Below are positions 20,531-29,474 of a DNA stretch of 64,000 nt, piece by piece. The notes under the pieces are model-generated. The model made no database searches and was not told where the DNA came from. It saw only the letters and a list, made by a program, of their open reading frames with translations. Location of the stretch: positions 576,001 to 640,000 of the forward strand of contig CAWCRS010000003.1 in assembly GCA_963798085.1 (NCBI GenBank), given 5' to 3'. The translations under genes and the position numbers were made by a program. Each line of letters starts with the position of its first letter. Position 1 is the stretch's first letter. This DNA is from an uncultured Gemmatimonadales bacterium. Its GTDB lineage: Bacteria; Gemmatimonadota; Gemmatimonadetes; Longimicrobiales; RSA9.

Positions 20531-23340
20531 TGCGCCGCGCGAGCCAGCCGAACGGCCGCAGCGCGCGGCCGCCGCGCGTGCTGCGTGTTCTGGTGCTCCT
20601 CGTCCTGCGCCTCTTCCTGCCCGCTTCGGAGCGTGCGGCCGTGGGGGTGGAGCTGGACGAGCTGCATGACGCCCGCCGGCGCGCGGCGGGACCGGTGCGC
20701 GCGGCGGTCTGGTACGCGCTGCAGCTGCCCAGTTTCGGGCTGCGGCTCTCGCTGGTCCTTGCGCGGCGCGCGTCCCGTCGCGTGCGCGGTGCCGGCTCAG
20801 CGGAATTCAGGCGACGACGTTCGTCCGGCTCTTCGTCGCGGGGCCGGCACGAGGGCTGGCTCCTGCAGCTGCCATCCGGGCTGGCGCAGGCGGGGCGTGC
20901 GCTGCGGCGCAGTCCGGCATACGCGCTGGCCACGGTGCTGACACTGGGGCTGGGTATTGCGGGTGTATCGGCGGTGTACGGTGTGGCAAACTGGGTGTTA
21001 TTGCGCCCTGTCCCCGGCGTGCGTGCGCCGGACCAGCTGCTGACCATCGTGCTGGAGAGCTTCAAGTACGCGAACAGTGCGTTCCCGATCGCGCACACGG
21101 AGCTGCAGGACCTGCGCAGCTTCTCTCCGGTGCTGTCAGGCATGGCTGCCGCCGGCGAGCAGGATGTGCACGTGGCGCCGGTCGCAGCCGGCTCCCCTGT
21201 GCGCCTTCCCGGACAGGTGGTAACAGCGAATTACTTCGACGTGCTGGGCATTGCCATGGCGGCGGGTCGTGGCTTCCTGCCCGGGGATGATGGCGAAGGT
21301 GCGCCCGCCGTCGCTGTGGTCGGTCAGAACCTGGCGCGGCGCTTCTGGGGCGACGTCGTGAGCGCAGTGGGCGCCGAGGTGCGCGTGAATGGCCTGCCGT
21401 ACACGGTGGTGGGCGTGGCGCCGCGCGGCTTTCACGGCGACGAACTGCCGGGCCGCGTGGACATCTGGTTCCCGGCAGGCGCATTGCCCGGCCTGCTCCA
21501 CGAGCCGGGGATCCTGCGCGGCGCCAGCCAGGTCTGGTCGCGGATGATTCTGCGGCCCGGGACGGGCGCACCGGTGGCAGGTATCGCCGCCCAGCTCAAC
21601 CGCGCGCTGAGCGCGAGCCGCGCGCAGCATGCCGGGGCGCCGGGATCCGTCGCCGACAGCCAGGCGCAGTTCCGTGCGCATCGTGGCATTGGTCTGTCGC
21701 CGCTGCTGCGCAGCTCCGTGCAGCGCACGCTGACGATCCTCACGGCCGCGGCCGTGCTGCTGCTGCTGCTGGCCTGCGCCAACGTGGCAAACCTCGGGTT
21801 AGCGCGGGCCGCCGTCCTGCGCGCCTCGGTCACGCTCCGCCTGGCGCTGGGCGCCGGCCACGCGCGACTCGTGCTCGAGCGACTCATGGAGAGCGCACTC
21901 GCCGGCATCGCCGGCAGCGGTCTGGGTGCGCTGCTCGCGCTGCTGGCGGTGACGGTGCTGCGGCACAGCAATCTCGGTCTGCTGGGCGTGCCGCTGGACG
22001 GCGTCGCGCTGGACCTGCGCGTCCTGGCGTTCACGATCGCGGCCGGTCTGATGGCCGGTGTACTCGCCGGCGTTCTGCCTTCGCTGGCGGTGCGTCACGA
22101 TCACGCCAGTAGAGTGCTGCGCTCTGCACGTCATGGCGACCGTCGCGGAGCCCGCGTGCGCTCCGCGCTGGTCATGGCGCAGGTTGCGCTGTCGGCAATT
22201 CTGCTCGTGGGCGCCGGTCTGCTGGCGACCACGCTGTGGCAGTTGCGACGGGTGGAAATTGGTGTGCCCGTCGACGGCGTTGTGACGTTCGCGTTCGATC
22301 CGGAACTGCAGGGTTATGACGCCGCGCGAACGGTGGACCTCGTCGCGAAGCTGCTGGACGCCGTGCGCGCGGATCCCGCGGTGTCGTCTGCCGGCATTTC
22401 CGGTTTTCCGCCTTTCGGCTCGCTGTACATTCCGCTCGGGCTCAAGCGACCGGAAGGCGACTGGCGCAAGAACCGCGTCGTCGCCCGGTCCTTCAGTGTT
22501 TCGCCCGGCTTCATGGATGCGCTCGGCGTCCGCCTCGTGGCGGGCAGGCCCATTCCAGAGGATCTCTGGCTGCAGCGGGACAGCACCGCACCGCGTGTGG
22601 CGATCCTCAATGAAACGGCTGCCCGCGCGCTGTTCCCGGAGCTGCAGCCGGTCGAAGTGGTGGGAAAGAGCGTCGACATGCGCGGCCCCGGCTATCCGCC
22701 GCTGCAGGTGATCGGTGTGGTGCGTGATGCCCGCCTCGCCAATGTCTCGGAGCCGCCGATACCGTACTGCTTCCAGCCATGGTCGCAGGGGTTCGTGAGC
22801 GGCACCGTGACGGTATACGCGCGCACGCGTGGAGATCCTCGTCCCTTCCTGCGCGCAGTGCGCGAGATCATGGCGAGAGTCGACGGCACGCTGCCGGTGT
22901 ACGAACTGCGCACCCTGCGCGAGCTGATCGACGATCAGCTTGCCGAGCCGCGCTTCGTATCATTGCTGGCAGTCGTGCTGGCCGCACTCGGCCTCGTGCT
23001 TGCCGCCGTGGGCCTGTACGGCCTGCTGGCGCACAGTGTCGCGGAGCGCACACGCGAGATCGGCATCCGCAGCGCACTGGGCGCCGTGCCTTCGCGCATC
23101 GTGAGACAGGTCGTGCGTGGCGGGCTCGGCACTACGCTTGCCGGTGCGGCGGCAGGCCTGCTCGGCGCTGCATTTCTCGGGCGCTACCTCGAGTCGCGAC
23201 TCTTCGGCGTCGAACCGCTCGACCCCTCGATCTACCTCGCCGGCATTGTGCTGCTGCTCGGTGTCGCGCTGCTCGCCAGCTGGCTGCCTGCCCGACGGGC
23301 CATGCGTGTAGACCCGATGGTAGCGCTCCGCTCGGAGTGA
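20527..23340 (+). CDS. ADOP-like orphan ABC permease
   Basis: ATGA overlap with PadR. SPAYALATVLTLGLG, LLACANVANL, GLYGLLAHSVAERTREIGIRSALGA, VDPMVALRSE. Confidence 0.92.
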   Translation: MMRRASQPNGRSARPPRVLRVLVLLVLRLFLPASERAAVGVELDELHDARRRAAGPVRAAVWYALQLPSFGLRLSLVLARRASRRVRGAGSAEFRRRRSSGSSSRGRHEGWLLQLPSGLAQAGRALRRSPAYALATVLTLGLGIAGVSAVYGVANWVLLRPVPGVRAPDQLLTIVLESFKYANSAFPIAHTELQDLRSFSPVLSGMAAAGEQDVHVAPVAAGSPVRLPGQVVTANYFDVLGIAMAAGRGFLPGDDGEGAPAVAVVGQNLARRFWGDVVSAVGAEVRVNGLPYTVVGVAPRGFHGDELPGRVDIWFPAGALPGLLHEPGILRGASQVWSRMILRPGTGAPVAGIAAQLNRALSASRAQHAGAPGSVADSQAQFRAHRGIGLSPLLRSSVQRTLTILTAAAVLLLLLACANVANLGLARAAVLRASVTLRLALGAGHARLVLERLMESALAGIAGSGLGALLALLAVTVLRHSNLGLLGVPLDGVALDLRVLAFTIAAGLMAGVLAGVLPSLAVRHDHASRVLRSARHGDRRGARVRSALVMAQVALSAILLVGAGLLATTLWQLRRVEIGVPVDGVVTFAFDPELQGYDAARTVDLVAKLLDAVRADPAVSSAGISGFPPFGSLYIPLGLKRPEGDWRKNRVVARSFSVSPGFMDALGVRLVAGRPIPEDLWLQRDSTAPRVAILNETAARALFPELQPVEVVGKSVDMRGPGYPPLQVIGVVRDARLANVSEPPIPYCFQPWSQGFVSGTVTVYARTRGDPRPFLRAVREIMARVDGTLPVYELRTLRELIDDQLAEPRFVSLLAVVLAALGLVLAAVGLYGLLAHSVAERTREIGIRSALGAVPSRIVRQVVRGGLGTTLAGAAAGLLGAAFLGRYLESRLFGVEPLDPSIYLAGIVLLLGVALLASWLPARRAMRVDPMVALRSE

Positions 23341-23408
23341 GCAGCCGCAGGCGACAATGGACTCTGCGTGATTCGACAGAACATTGCGCGCGGCGGAGCG
23401 CAGCTACC

Positions 23409-23978
23409 CTACCACACGCCGGGAATCAGCGCGGCGACTTCCGTCTCGTACGCTGCGTACTCGGGTCCGAACGTGGCGCGCATGAGCTGCTCCTCCTGCC
23501 GGAGCTTCAGCACGAAACCGACCACTAACAGCAGGAAGCCCAGTGGCGCGGCGCGCGTGTCCTGGATGAGCGTACTGGCAAGGAGTGCGAGCAACAGGCC
23601 CGTGTAGATGGGGTGACGTGTCAGGCGATAGGGGCCTGTGCGGATCAGCGCGTGGTTTTCCTTCAGCGTGACCGCGGCGCTCCACTGGCGTCCGATGTGG
23701 ATGCGCGCCCACCAGGTCCAGCCGAGGCCGACAAGGACGACGGCCAGTGCCATCCAGTCAGTTACAGGACTGGCCGGGTAGAGCGGGCGGAGCAGGATGC
23801 CGAAGGCGGTGGAATGAGCGAAGAGGAGGATCCCGCCGGCCCAGATGAAAACACTGTGTTTGAGCCTGGCCATGCCTGACTGACGCGATCGCGTGGGATT
23901 GGTCCACGCGGCCGCGGCGAGCCAGCTGAGCAGCCAGATCACCCACAGCGCGCCCAGCGTGGTTTCGATTCCTTTCAT
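23409..23978 (-). CDS. Isoprenylcysteine carboxyl methyltransferase (ICMT/PEMT) family membrane protein
   Basis: MKGIETTLG start. HALIRTGPYRLTRHPIYTG, EEQLMRATFGPEYAAY. Confidence 0.88.
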   Translation of the reverse strand: MKGIETTLGALWVIWLLSWLAAAAWTNPTRSRQSGMARLKHSVFIWAGGILLFAHSTAFGILLRPLYPASPVTDWMALAVVLVGLGWTWWARIHIGRQWSAAVTLKENHALIRTGPYRLTRHPIYTGLLLALLASTLIQDTRAAPLGFLLLVVGFVLKLRQEEQLMRATFGPEYAAYETEVAALIPGVW

Positions 23979-24070
23979 TCCGCCATCCCCCGCGTCCGCG
24001 CGTCGAACGATCAATCCGGTAGCATCTGCTTCTCGCCTTGCGGACTGGCGTTCTCCGCCGACGGGCAACG

Positions 24071-24491
24071 CTAACGCCCGGCTTGCTTCGCCGCCTCCAG
24101 CCGCAGGAACCCCTGAATGAAGAAGAGACCGAAGAAGATGTTGCTGGGGGTCGCCGCCAGCAGACTGATGGTACCGGCGGTGGTCATGCTGGAGGCGTGC
24201 AGCACGTACGTCACGTCGGCGAAGATTTCGCCCAGGCGCATGCCGCCGACGATCACCAGCCAGTACGGCCGGTGGCGCCAGCGTATCAGCGCAATGGAGA
24301 TGGAACAGTGAGAACGCGGCCCATGTCGCGCCGGTCCGGGCGAGCAGTCCCTGCGGGTCGTCGAGCGGCGCGTTGTGGAAGAAGTGGAACCAGAATGCGG
24401 GGAAGAAAAGGGCCCAGCAGGCGAGGATCGCGTCCCACACCGTGAAGAACAGCAGGAACGCGGTCGTGAGGAAGCGGCGGATCAGGGACAT
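24071..24491 (-). CDS. Four-TM membrane protein of unknown function; frameshift near 24300
   Basis: N-terminal MSLIRRFLTTAFLLFFTVWD...RTGATWAAFSLF joins ...RWRHRPYWLVIVGGMRLGEIFADVTY...AKQAGR stop in another frame. Confidence 0.7.
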
Positions 24492-24518
24492 GTCGATGCC
24501 TTTCTGGTCGCCAGAGGG

Positions 24519-25697
24519 TCAGGGCTGCGTGGCGTCGGGTGGTGTGGCAGGCGCTGCGCGCGTTTCCTGATAGCGGAGCAGCTCCGCTTCCAGCTCCGGC
24601 CCGATAACACCATTGTCATCAAAGAACGGCTGGTACGTCGCCGCCGGCAGCGCACTGCGTGTCTTCTGACTGAGTGCGTAGCCCAGCTGCCGTGCCGCGG
24701 TGAACGTGGTGCCGGGAAAGTCGCGGGCTGCCTGGCCGGCTCGTGTGGCCACCCAGTTGCCGGGATTCGCGCCCATGGCGCCTGCGAGCAGGGCGAGGAG
24801 GCGCGCGTCGCGTGAGGCGGGATCGGTCTGCTCGAAGGTCACGGCGCCCACGCTCACCGCGTGCGTTTCCGACCAGGCGTGCGTGTTCTTCTCGAGCGGC
24901 GTCGTGCGCTCGTCGATGTAGGGGATCCAGCGCAGATCGAACGCAATGTCGCCGGCGAGGCAGCGTTCACGCCAGTCATCAGTCAGATAGTGCGCGCCCG
25001 GTCGCAGCGCGCGGTGGTGGTTTACATTGGTTGCGGGCACGAACGTGAACTTGCCATGCGTGTCGCCGGCCTCGACCACGCCGGTCCAGTACTGCTGCAC
25101 TGCGCTGCTGGAAAGGACTGTGCGGCCCGTCTGCCGCGCGATGTGCAGGTACAGCTCCGTTGCGCGCAACAAACCGAGGCGCTGGCGAAGTGCGTGGAAC
25201 AGCTTCGCCTGTGATGCGGTCAGGTTGCCGACATCGAGCTGACCCACAGTGCCGAACGGGATATCGGCGCCGGCCGCGGCCGCGGTTGCGGCGAGCAGCG
25301 CGACGAATTCAGCGGCCGTATCCGTGGGTGCGCCCGGATCATTGATGGCGAGGAAGTCAACACGCTCGCGGTTGCGTGTCTGGAATGCGACCATGAGCCC
25401 GAGAAAATCCGGGTCCGTCTCCAGGTGCGGGCAACCGAGCCCTGTCGAGATGCGGCCGATGCCCGTGGCGCGCGCGCCCGGCTGGAACAGACCCAGGCCA
25501 TCCAGCGCAGGAGGCAGCGCGGCCGCGGCCGCGAATGAAACGCGACCGGCAGCGAGCTGCTGCTGGTGTGCGCCGCGATCCGTGCCGCCTAACCGTGCGT
25601 TCTCACGCAGCACGCGCTGGATCCCGGGCATTTCCGATACGATCGCGGCCAGCGCCTGCCGTTCGTCGTCGGTTCCATTGAAGCGCCAGCCGGCCAT
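24519..25697 (-). CDS. Catalase-fold (mini-catalase / catalase-related hemoprotein-like) protein
   Basis: Ordered motifs RGAH (distal His, 25566-25577), GRISTG, PDFLGLMV, DFLAIN and RQLGY (RxxxY proximal Tyr, 24678-24692). Confidence 0.65.
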   Translation of the reverse strand: MAGWRFNGTDDERQALAAIVSEMPGIQRVLRENARLGGTDRGAHQQQLAAGRVSFAAAAALPPALDGLGLFQPGARATGIGRISTGLGCPHLETDPDFLGLMVAFQTRNRERVDFLAINDPGAPTDTAAEFVALLAATAAAAGADIPFGTVGQLDVGNLTASQAKLFHALRQRLGLLRATELYLHIARQTGRTVLSSSAVQQYWTGVVEAGDTHGKFTFVPATNVNHHRALRPGAHYLTDDWRERCLAGDIAFDLRWIPYIDERTTPLEKNTHAWSETHAVSVGAVTFEQTDPASRDARLLALLAGAMGANPGNWVATRAGQAARDFPGTTFTAARQLGYALSQKTRSALPAATYQPFFDDNGVIGPELEAELLRYQETRAAPATPPDATQP

Positions 25698-25707
25698 GTC
25701 GTCCGCC

Positions 25708-27324
25708 TCAGAGGGTCTTCAGGTATTCGATCAGCGCGTTCTTCTGGTCACTGCCCAGCGTCGTACCGTACCTGTGGCCGTGATTGCTGTTGCCGCGGAG
25801 GCTGGTGTCGTAGCGCCAGCCTTCGTCCGACGGCATGCAGCCCCACACGGAAGTGCCGGCGACGGGTGCGGCGGGCAGACTGGCATTGTCGCCTGCACAA
25901 CGCGCCGCGATGAAGCCCATGTTGAAGCGGTCCAGCACATCATAGCCGCGGTAGAACGAAGCCGGTCGCCTGTCCTCGGGATCGAGCAGTGCGCGCACGG
26001 TGGGCACGGAGCCGTTGTGCAGATAGGGCCCGCGCAGCCAGAGCCCATCAAGCTGGAGCGCGATGTAGCCGGGCCTGTCGGGTTTGCCCATGGGTGTGCG
26101 GTCGATTCCGGCCAGGTGGCGCACCGCGCGGTTGGCGCTGTCTGCGGCTTCGCGTGTCCAGGCATTGGCGCGCTCCGCGTCGGTACCGATCTCCTCGAGC
26201 GGGATCACCGTTCCTAACCGGTTGTTGCGGCCGCTGGCGTGGCATTCCGCGCACGCCGTCTCGAACACCGCCTGGCCTCGCCTGGCCAGCGTGGAGTCGA
26301 TGGGCAGCGGGTACCGTGGCGGCGGCAGCTTCATGAGCCAGTCCTCGATGTCTTTCATGCGCTGGCGGAAGAAGGCGGAATTCTTCGCCTGCAGGCCCAG
26401 CGCAGAGTCGATGATCACCGACCGATAGGAGGTGGTGGCGCCGTCCAGGTTCATGAGCATCAGGTGCGTCGCATCGGTGCCGGCCTTCGACCAGTCCGCG
26501 GTCAGCGCGAAGTCCGTGGGCGGCCATACACGACCCTGCTGCACACGCGTTTCCAGGTGCCAGATGGATGGGAAATCCGTGTTATCTATGCTGCTGTCCA
26601 TTGGCAGCTGGAGGAAATTGAACTTGGTGAGGTTCATGGGCGCGTCCCGGCCCGGTCCCCAGGCCGGCCGCTGCGCCGCCCACTTGAAGCCCTCGCCCTG
26701 CTCCGCGAGTCGCTTCTTCGCCAGCGGTATGTAGAGGAACTTGTACAGCAGCCGATCGACGAAGCCGAGCGGGTACGCCATGTCGATCTGGGTGATGATC
26801 GTCTCGGCGCCGAAGCGGGAATCGGCCGCGGCCCGGCTGAAGAAGTTGAGCAGACCCTGCACATCCGCGGTGTTGCTGCCGCCGGCGGCGACAATGACAG
26901 GCGTCGAGTCCGGGTGCACGCGGTACTGTGTCGCGTGACAGAGCGCACAATTGAAGCCCACGCGATCGAACCCGACTGTCTTTTTCGAGAAGCCGACGGG
27001 CAGCTCCGTACCCGGTTGCCAGGGAATGCCCAGCGATGCGTAGCCGCCGGGACCGGGCAGCAGGTCATCGAAGATGCGTGGCAGCACGACCACGATCCAG
27101 TAGGGAATGCCCGCCTGTGCTTCGGCGCCGATCGAGCCGTGCAGGAAATTCGCTTCCTGATTGTCCGTGATCCACTTCGGCTGGGGCAGCTCGCGGAAGA
27201 ATTTGTACCAGCCGAATATGCCGCTGGGAACGGCGATGATGACAAGTATGACCAGGATCCGCACGAGCCACGTCTTCCAGCCGGCTTTCTTTTTCGCTGC
27301 TGCTGTCCCCGTGCTGTCGCTCAC
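25708..27324 (-). CDS. Membrane-anchored di-heme c-type protein, RoxA/MauG/bCcP superfamily
   Basis: N-terminal TM. CALCH (26935-26949), CAECH (26239-26253), LWLRGPYLHNGSVPT, GNSNHGH..G, ALIEYLKTL. Confidence 0.88.
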   Translation of the reverse strand: MSDSTGTAAAKKKAGWKTWLVRILVILVIIAVPSGIFGWYKFFRELPQPKWITDNQEANFLHGSIGAEAQAGIPYWIVVVLPRIFDDLLPGPGGYASLGIPWQPGTELPVGFSKKTVGFDRVGFNCALCHATQYRVHPDSTPVIVAAGGSNTADVQGLLNFFSRAAADSRFGAETIITQIDMAYPLGFVDRLLYKFLYIPLAKKRLAEQGEGFKWAAQRPAWGPGRDAPMNLTKFNFLQLPMDSSIDNTDFPSIWHLETRVQQGRVWPPTDFALTADWSKAGTDATHLMLMNLDGATTSYRSVIIDSALGLQAKNSAFFRQRMKDIEDWLMKLPPPRYPLPIDSTLARRGQAVFETACAECHASGRNNRLGTVIPLEEIGTDAERANAWTREAADSANRAVRHLAGIDRTPMGKPDRPGYIALQLDGLWLRGPYLHNGSVPTVRALLDPEDRRPASFYRGYDVLDRFNMGFIAARCAGDNASLPAAPVAGTSVWGCMPSDEGWRYDTSLRGNSNHGHRYGTTLGSDQKNALIEYLKTL

Positions 27325-27344
27325 GTTTTGCCAGCCTCTCCGGC

Positions 27345-28979
27345 TCAGAATGTCTTGAGGTACTCGATGAGCGCTGCCTTCTGCGCGGCCGTCAGTGTGG
27401 TGCCGTACTCGTGTCCGCCATTGCCGTTGCCGCGCACCTTCGTGTCGTAGCGCCAGCCGTGCTTCTCCGCATCCGGTCCGCTGGTCACGAAGCCCACGCG
27501 ATCGTAGTCGTAGACGTCGTACCCGATCCAGAACAGCTGCGGCCGGTTACGCGCCGGCTCCAGCAGCGACTGCAGATCGGGCACCGAGCCGTTGTGCAGG
27601 TAGGGCGCGCGCAGCCACAGGCCGTCCAGAGGCATGTTGGCGTAGCCGTTGGTCTTCCGAAAGTGCGTGAAGCGGGCGGGATAACAGTTCTTTACATTGT
27701 CGGGATGTTCGCGGCAGTGCTCCTCGTCCGCCGGGAACCCGTCATAGAGCGAGTTCTGCGCTTCGGCCAGCACTTCGGTGTAGGAGTCGAGGCGGGAGCG
27801 GTCGGTGCCGATGTACTCGAGCGGGGTGACCGTGCCCACGCGGCTGCCATCGCCTTCCGTGCGGAACGGCGGTTTGCCGTTGCCGTGGCAGGACCAGCAG
27901 TACTGCCGGTAGATGGGCTCGCCCTGCGCCGCCAGTTCCGGGCGGAGATGCTCGGGCGGGAATGCGGGCGGCTTCGCCTGGTCCCACAGATACGCCGCGA
28001 TGCGCAGCACACCCGCCTTGTCGATGGTGGTGGGCGTCGCACCCGTGCCGAAGCCGGCGCTGAGGTTGCGCTCGTTGACGGATGTGTTGTTGCCGTCCCA
28101 GTGCAGCTGCATGCCCTCCTTGTACTTCTGATTCCACACCGCCGGGAAGTCCGCATTGCCCACCTTTTCCCGCTCCGGCGCCTTCTCCATGGGAAAGCCG
28201 AGCAGCGCCTTGGGCGGGTCGAACGTGTCCACGCGTCCCGGCCCCCAGCTCAGCGTGTTCACGAACGACATGCGTGACGTGAGCGTGAGCAGCTGCTCGC
28301 GCAGCAGTGTAATGCCGAGATAGCGGAACACGAAGCGGTCGACAGGATTCAGCGGATCGGGCCGGTACACGCCGGCTGGCAGATGCGCGGCGGTTCGCCG
28401 CGTCTCCAGCTCGTCGACCTTGGGCATGATGCGGGTCGAGCGGAACTTCCAGTCGGCCGCGGCGCGGTCCAGGAACTCGGCGAGCGCACCGAGGTCGAAG
28501 GTATTCGCCGGCATCCCGAGGATGATCTGTCGCTTGCCATCCGTTGACGGCCGTACCGATCCCGTGTGACAGACGGAGCACGTGAAGTACACGCGGTCGA
28601 TGCCCTGCACGCGGCGCATGGACATGCCCACGGGCAGATCGAACACCGGGTCCTTGCCATCCTCGTAGATCATGCCGAACGAGAGAAAGCCGCGGCCGGC
28701 CTGATGATCGGGCAGGTACTCCGGAAACATTTCGGGCAGCGCGATCCAGATCCAGTAGGGAAAACCGAAGCCGAATTGCGTGCCGAAACCGCGCTCGCCG
28801 CCGGTCGAGCCGTACTTGAAGTGCTCCTGGACGTCTTCGTACGTGACCGGCTTGTCATTGGTGAGCCGCACGGTCAGGTAGATGGCAAGGCCGATGAACG
28901 CGAGTACGCAGACGACGCCGATCCAGAATGTGATGTTCGCGAGTTTCTTCCGCGTCCGCTCCAGGAACGAGTCCGCCAT
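27345..28979 (-). CDS. Membrane-anchored di-heme c-type protein, RoxA/MauG/bCcP superfamily (paralog)
   Basis: N-terminal TM. CSVCH (28566-28580), CWSCH (27885-27899), LWLRAPYLHNGSVPD, GNGNGGHEYG, ALIEYLKTF. Confidence 0.88.
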   Translation of the reverse strand: MADSFLERTRKKLANITFWIGVVCVLAFIGLAIYLTVRLTNDKPVTYEDVQEHFKYGSTGGERGFGTQFGFGFPYWIWIALPEMFPEYLPDHQAGRGFLSFGMIYEDGKDPVFDLPVGMSMRRVQGIDRVYFTCSVCHTGSVRPSTDGKRQIILGMPANTFDLGALAEFLDRAAADWKFRSTRIMPKVDELETRRTAAHLPAGVYRPDPLNPVDRFVFRYLGITLLREQLLTLTSRMSFVNTLSWGPGRVDTFDPPKALLGFPMEKAPEREKVGNADFPAVWNQKYKEGMQLHWDGNNTSVNERNLSAGFGTGATPTTIDKAGVLRIAAYLWDQAKPPAFPPEHLRPELAAQGEPIYRQYCWSCHGNGKPPFRTEGDGSRVGTVTPLEYIGTDRSRLDSYTEVLAEAQNSLYDGFPADEEHCREHPDNVKNCYPARFTHFRKTNGYANMPLDGLWLRAPYLHNGSVPDLQSLLEPARNRPQLFWIGYDVYDYDRVGFVTSGPDAEKHGWRYDTKVRGNGNGGHEYGTTLTAAQKAALIEYLKTF

Positions 28980-29006
28980 GTCAGCCTCTCGCCGGTGGCG
29001 TGTGTG

Positions 29007-29474
29007 TCATGCGGCGGCCGCGGTCGGGAACTCGAGCATGAACAGCGCAATGCGGCGTTTGCCCCAGAACACCTGGCCCAGGTACACACCGGGCGAGACC
29101 ATGCGGATCTCATTGCGGATGAAGCGCGCCACCACAGAGGTCTTCGAATAGTCGAGAATGATCGCCGGGCCGGTGCAGAACCAGCTCTGGTCTTCGTAGA
29201 CGCGGGCGCGGATCAGCGGAAAGCCCAGGATGCTGATGCGATTCTTCAGGTCGCCGCTCTCGGGCCGGAAGATCTTGCCCTTCCACATGAACACGCGGAT
29301 CAGTCCGTGGATGACCCGGTCCAGGAGCGAGCCCGGCAGCACCATTGCGGTGCCGCGTGCGGGACCCGCCGGAATCGGGCCCGGCTGACTCTCGCGGAAG
29401 ATGCGGTCCAGCTCGTTGCGCGGCGCAACCGCCATTTCCCGCGCACTCACCTGTGATGCGATGTTAGTGCTCAT
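29007..29474 (-). CDS. Small conserved-looking hypothetical protein, possible lipocalin-like beta-barrel
   Basis: 155 aa. LDRIF...WKGKIF...LDYS...IRNEIRMVSPGVYLG. Start overlaps the P450 stop. Confidence 0.7.
   Translation of the reverse strand: MSTNIASQVSAREMAVAPRNELDRIFRESQPGPIPAGPARGTAMVLPGSLLDRVIHGLIRVFMWKGKIFRPESGDLKNRISILGFPLIRARVYEDQSWFCTGPAIILDYSKTSVVARFIRNEIRMVSPGVYLGQVFWGKRRIALFMLEFPTAAAA

Noticed and set aside
23409..24491. 360 aa membrane protein-methyltransferase fusion
   Set aside because: A frameshift near 24300 creates the join. The upstream protein has its own C-terminus ending at 24071.
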